Below are positions 60,284 through 64,000 of a stretch of DNA of 64,000 bases, piece by piece (within the stretch, counting starts at the first letter, position 1; every line of letters begins with the position of its first letter). Source of the DNA: the human T2T-CHM13v2.0 reference genome, Homo sapiens; assembly GCF_009914755.1 (NCBI RefSeq), contig NC_060945.1. One strand, written 5' to 3'. The notes under the pieces were generated by a model. The model was not told the DNA's origin and did not search any database. It saw only the letters and a program-made list of their open reading frames with translations. A program made the position numbers and the translations under genes.

Positions 60284-61990
60284 CTGAAGGGAAAAGCTGT
60301 CCTTGTGTGGGGCCACTTCAGACCCCAGTGAGCAAAAGGAGTGATGTTTAGGGGAAGGCAGGGAGAGCAGAAACTTGCATATTCCACACCTTCTGCGGCT
60401 GGGCACTGGGATGGGCCTTTCTCATGGCCGGTGGGATGGGAGAGGAGAGAGGTCTCCATCCAGCACCACTTACATCACACACATAAGCGACCTGGGGTAT
60501 TAGTGGCTAGGAGTGCAGGTTCCAGATATCTCTCAGGTATAGTCTCCGCAGGATCCTGTTCCTCCCTTACCACTCATGAAGCCACTTTTCCCCCCAGGAG
60601 CCTTGGTGGTCTCCTATCTAAAGTGGGGATGGCACACAAATCCATGTCCTTGTGACGGTCCCATGAGAGAAGCAGACAGACCCTGTGCACACAAGGGCCT
60701 GCAGGGAGAAGCGCTCTACACGTGGCGACACCCTTTCCTCCCAGGATGGTCTCCTCTGCATTCCTGCTGTCATCCCAGCGTCCCACCTGATTCCCCAGGA
60801 CACAGCTGACTAGAAATCAGCCCTGGACTAGAACCCACCGCCCGCCAGGGGTGGGTACGCTTTCTCGGAGGCCCCCATGGGGAGGCAAAATGGAAAACCA
60901 CACCCAATACTCAACCTACAGTGGGCCACTAATTCCCAAGGCAATTCTGCTGTTTGTATCTGTGGGAGAAATGCATTTCCTTTGTTTTCGAAAAAGCAGA
61001 TGGCCAGGTGTCATTGGCAGAGGGGCTGCAGTGAGGGCAGTGAGGGAGAGCAGAGGAAATGAATGGACAGTGCAGAGGACAGGCCAGGTGGCCCACAACC
61101 AGGCAGACAGCTCACGTTGCCTTTTCTGGAAATAGGGACTGCATGACCAATCTGTGCCTGTGCCTCTCTGGCACACAATGGACAATTTCGGAAAACTTCA
61201 AAAGAAAAAGCCAAGTTGATTTTGCTAAAAATGTGAAGTTTCTCTCTCTCTCTCTCTCTATCTCTTTAATGCAATGCATAGTTTATCATTTTCTTGTCTT
61301 TAGGATTAATTAAAGACAGGGCTAAATTTGTTTAAACAAGCTCTAAAATATTAAAAAAGAAGAAGAAGGCAAAGTACATAGTGTTTCCAAGTCCAGGGAA
61401 CATTCTGTTCCCTGGGCTTCAGTTTATAACTGAATGTGCTTTACGTTTAGAAGACAAGCTATAGCTTGTAAAATGAATGTGGAAATAATCTAAAGTATGA
61501 GGCCTCCATTATTTATTATGTAATTGGAGAAAATTCTGGCTGGGAGAAATCTTTAGCTGAAAGCCAAGATGATCCCTACTCAATCGTTCTTAAACAAAAT
61601 TAACATGTATCCATTTCTTTGATAATATTTCACTGGCAGGCAGTTCCTCTTCTAGGCTGCTATGAGCAAATTGCCAAGTTGGGTGTCACCCGTATAATCA
61701 TTATCATGGGAAACCGTCAGAGTTCCTTGGGCAAGGGAATCAAAGATTTCAAGTGTTGACATTTTGTTAAGTAGGTTTTTTATAAAGTCTTACATTTAGA
61801 ACTTTTCAGAACATGTCATCTCCAAAATCAGTAATCATTAAACGACGTCCAAGACCATGTTTTTGAGATCCTTCTATACTCTAAAAGCATTTTGATAATA
61901 TTATTCCATAAACTGCCCCTTTTTTATTAAATGCATATCACAATCTTTTCAAACTATGAATATGGTCCTGGTTCATTCAAGAGAAAGAAG

Positions 61991-62282
61991 CTCTGCCCAG
62001 TGCAGTGGCTCACGCTATAATCCAATCACTTTCAGAGGCAGGAGGATCACTTGAGGCCAAGAATCGGAGACCAGCCTAGGGGGCAACAAAGTAAGACCCT
62101 ATCTCTACAAAAATATTTAAAAGTTAGCCAGGGGTGGTGGCACATACCTGTGGTCCTGCCTACTCAGGAGGCTGAGGCGGGAGGATCCCTTGATTCCAGG
62201 AGTTCAAGGCTGCAGTGAGCTATGATCATAGGATTGCACTCCATCCTGGGTGACAGAGCGAGATGCTGTCTCTTAAAAAAAA
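61991..62282 (+). mobile_element. AluJ
   Basis: Diverged dimer with GGAGGATCACTTGAGG and GCTATGATC diagnostics. Confidence 0.88.
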
Positions 62283-62469
62283 GTCATTGGTGATGACTTT
62301 CTTTATTGCCTTTCATTAACAAAGTAATTTCCCCATAGATGCCTCCCTCCCGCCATCTAGGACTTGTGGAGGTCGAAAATATCATGAATGAATGTTCACT
62401 TTTATAAAATGTTCTTCCTGCACCACTTGTGCCTTGAGAAGCTCTGTGGAGTGCAGGGTCATTCTCAAC

Positions 62470-62682
62470 TTTCTTGAGGAGGGGATGTCTCCACCCCCAA
62501 CTCCACTGTAGGCACCCTCTTCCCTTAAGCTGCTTTAATTTTTTTTCACTTAATATTCACTCAACTATATTCTTTACAAGAAAATAAATTCCAAGGGGAC
62601 AGGGACTTTTCTGCCTTACTTCTGTTTCCAAGCTTTTAGAAAAGCACCTGGCACATGGTAGGTGCTCAATAAATATTTGTGG
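62470..62682 (+). mobile_element. L2 3' end
   Basis: GCACCTGGCACATGGTAGGTGCTCAATAAATATTTG. Confidence 0.75.
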
Positions 62683-62931
62683 TGATACTTATTAAGAAAT
62701 GGAGTGACAAAAGGCACTGTGAATTCATTAACATTAAAAATATTTTGTCTTATTGCATGAAATTAATGCATACATATAAAAATGGTGGCATGTAAGTGTA
62801 TGCGTTATTTAATCTCTGTTATAGGTTTCTGAACCCCTGGGAGTAACTCCAAGGATCAGAGATTGAGAACCACCTATATCAGGGGGAACAAGTACTAAAT
62901 TGAAGTGCCGTAGACTGACTTGATTCTATTA

Positions 62932-63159
62932 CAGGCTGAGCATCTTTTATTTGAAATGCTTGGGGCCAGAAGTGTTTTGGATTTCAGATTATTTTGGATT
63001 TTGGAATATTTGAATTATACTTACCAATTGAGCATCCCAAATCCAAACATCTGAAATCTAAATGTTCCAATGAACCTATCATTAAAGCATCTTGTCAGTA
63101 CTCAGAAAATTTCAGATTTTGAAACATTTTGGATTTTTGGATTTGGGATGCTTAACCTG
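62932..63159. mobile_element. Tigger4a/MER46-type Tc1-mariner MITE
   Basis: TIRs CAGGCTGAGCATC / GATGCTTAACCTG flanked by TA on both sides. Confidence 0.85.
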
Positions 63160-64000
63160 TACCTGCTAGGTAACTCTGAACAACACCACTTAATTTTCCT
63201 GAGTCTTGGTTTAATTGTGTGGCAGATGGGAGTAATAATAGCTGATTTACCTACTCGACATAGCTGAAAATAGAATGATATGTATATATGCAAATACATT
63301 TTGTAAACTACAAAGAACCATACACATATAGATTATTTTTGCTACTATAATAAAACATAGGTCTTGGGTCCGTAATCCCAGCAAAGCAGAGGACTGCTGC
63401 CTGCAGCTTTAGTCAATTTGATCACCATAGTCTATCATCACCATCATTAGAATAGAAACACTTACTCTCCCTGGGGTCTGTTGACCATCCCACGTGCGAA
63501 AAAACCCTATACAAATTTGCCCGGAATGTAGACTCCCCATTGGCCACAGTGGTAGTTTATTAGCTTCATACTGTGTGGAGTCAATGACTCATAGAAGGCA
63601 CATTTTTCACCTCTTAGCCTTGGCAGCAACGACCCGTTGCTCAAAATTTGCTAACAGGCTCCCTCAGCTATTTCCTGTTGTGTTGCAGTAACACCGCTTT
63701 TTCTTTAGGCCACATTAAATTTTAAAACACATTAGAAACATTTCATCCCTGGCCTTCCTCTTCTAGTCATTGCAAAAAAAAAAAAAAAAGTGCTGTAGCA
63801 AACATGAGGATTATGATGATTGGTTAATTTCCCTCCATTTTAACCAATGAAATGTGTTCCTTATCACTATGGTTACATAACAACTAGCTCCCACAGGTGG
63901 AATCCAGCCTCACCAAAGCACCTGGGATAGTTCATCTACTCCTGCTCACTGATTATATCTAAATCACCAATAATGACCCAAATAACTTCGTATTTTTAAA

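Noticed and set aside
60266-60406. N-terminal extension of the 140-aa ORF to 187 aa
   Set aside because: Begins at a non-ATG codon and lies mostly upstream of the splice acceptor at 60284

Overview
Primate, almost certainly human, non-coding DNA. It is dominated by interspersed repeats: about 27 Alu copies (J, S and Y types), many MaLR/ERVL/ERV1 LTRs (several nested), old L2/MIR/L1M fragments, a few DNA-transposon MITEs and several simple repeats. I see no convincing intact protein-coding gene. The only locus clue is a 140-codon minus-strand ORF (60265-59843) just behind a good splice acceptor. From memory it matches the putative C21orf24/LINC00114 product, which would place the window in the ERG-ETS2 interval of 21q22; this is unverified recall. 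I found no new multi-gene biological system. Most noteworthy: (1) a decayed, unidentified coding-like fragment at about 6860-7394; (2) a 5'-inverted (twin-primed) AluSp with target-site duplications; (3) three short dispersed direct duplications copied about 1-1.5 kb downstream of their donors, plus several tandem duplications; (4) a non-repeat CpG-rich patch with CTCF-like and ETS motifs; (5) a tiny 3'-truncated U2 retrocopy; (6) an LTR-internal-LTR MLT1 provirus. Repeat subfamily names come from recalled consensus sequences. Boundaries of old repeats are approximate.
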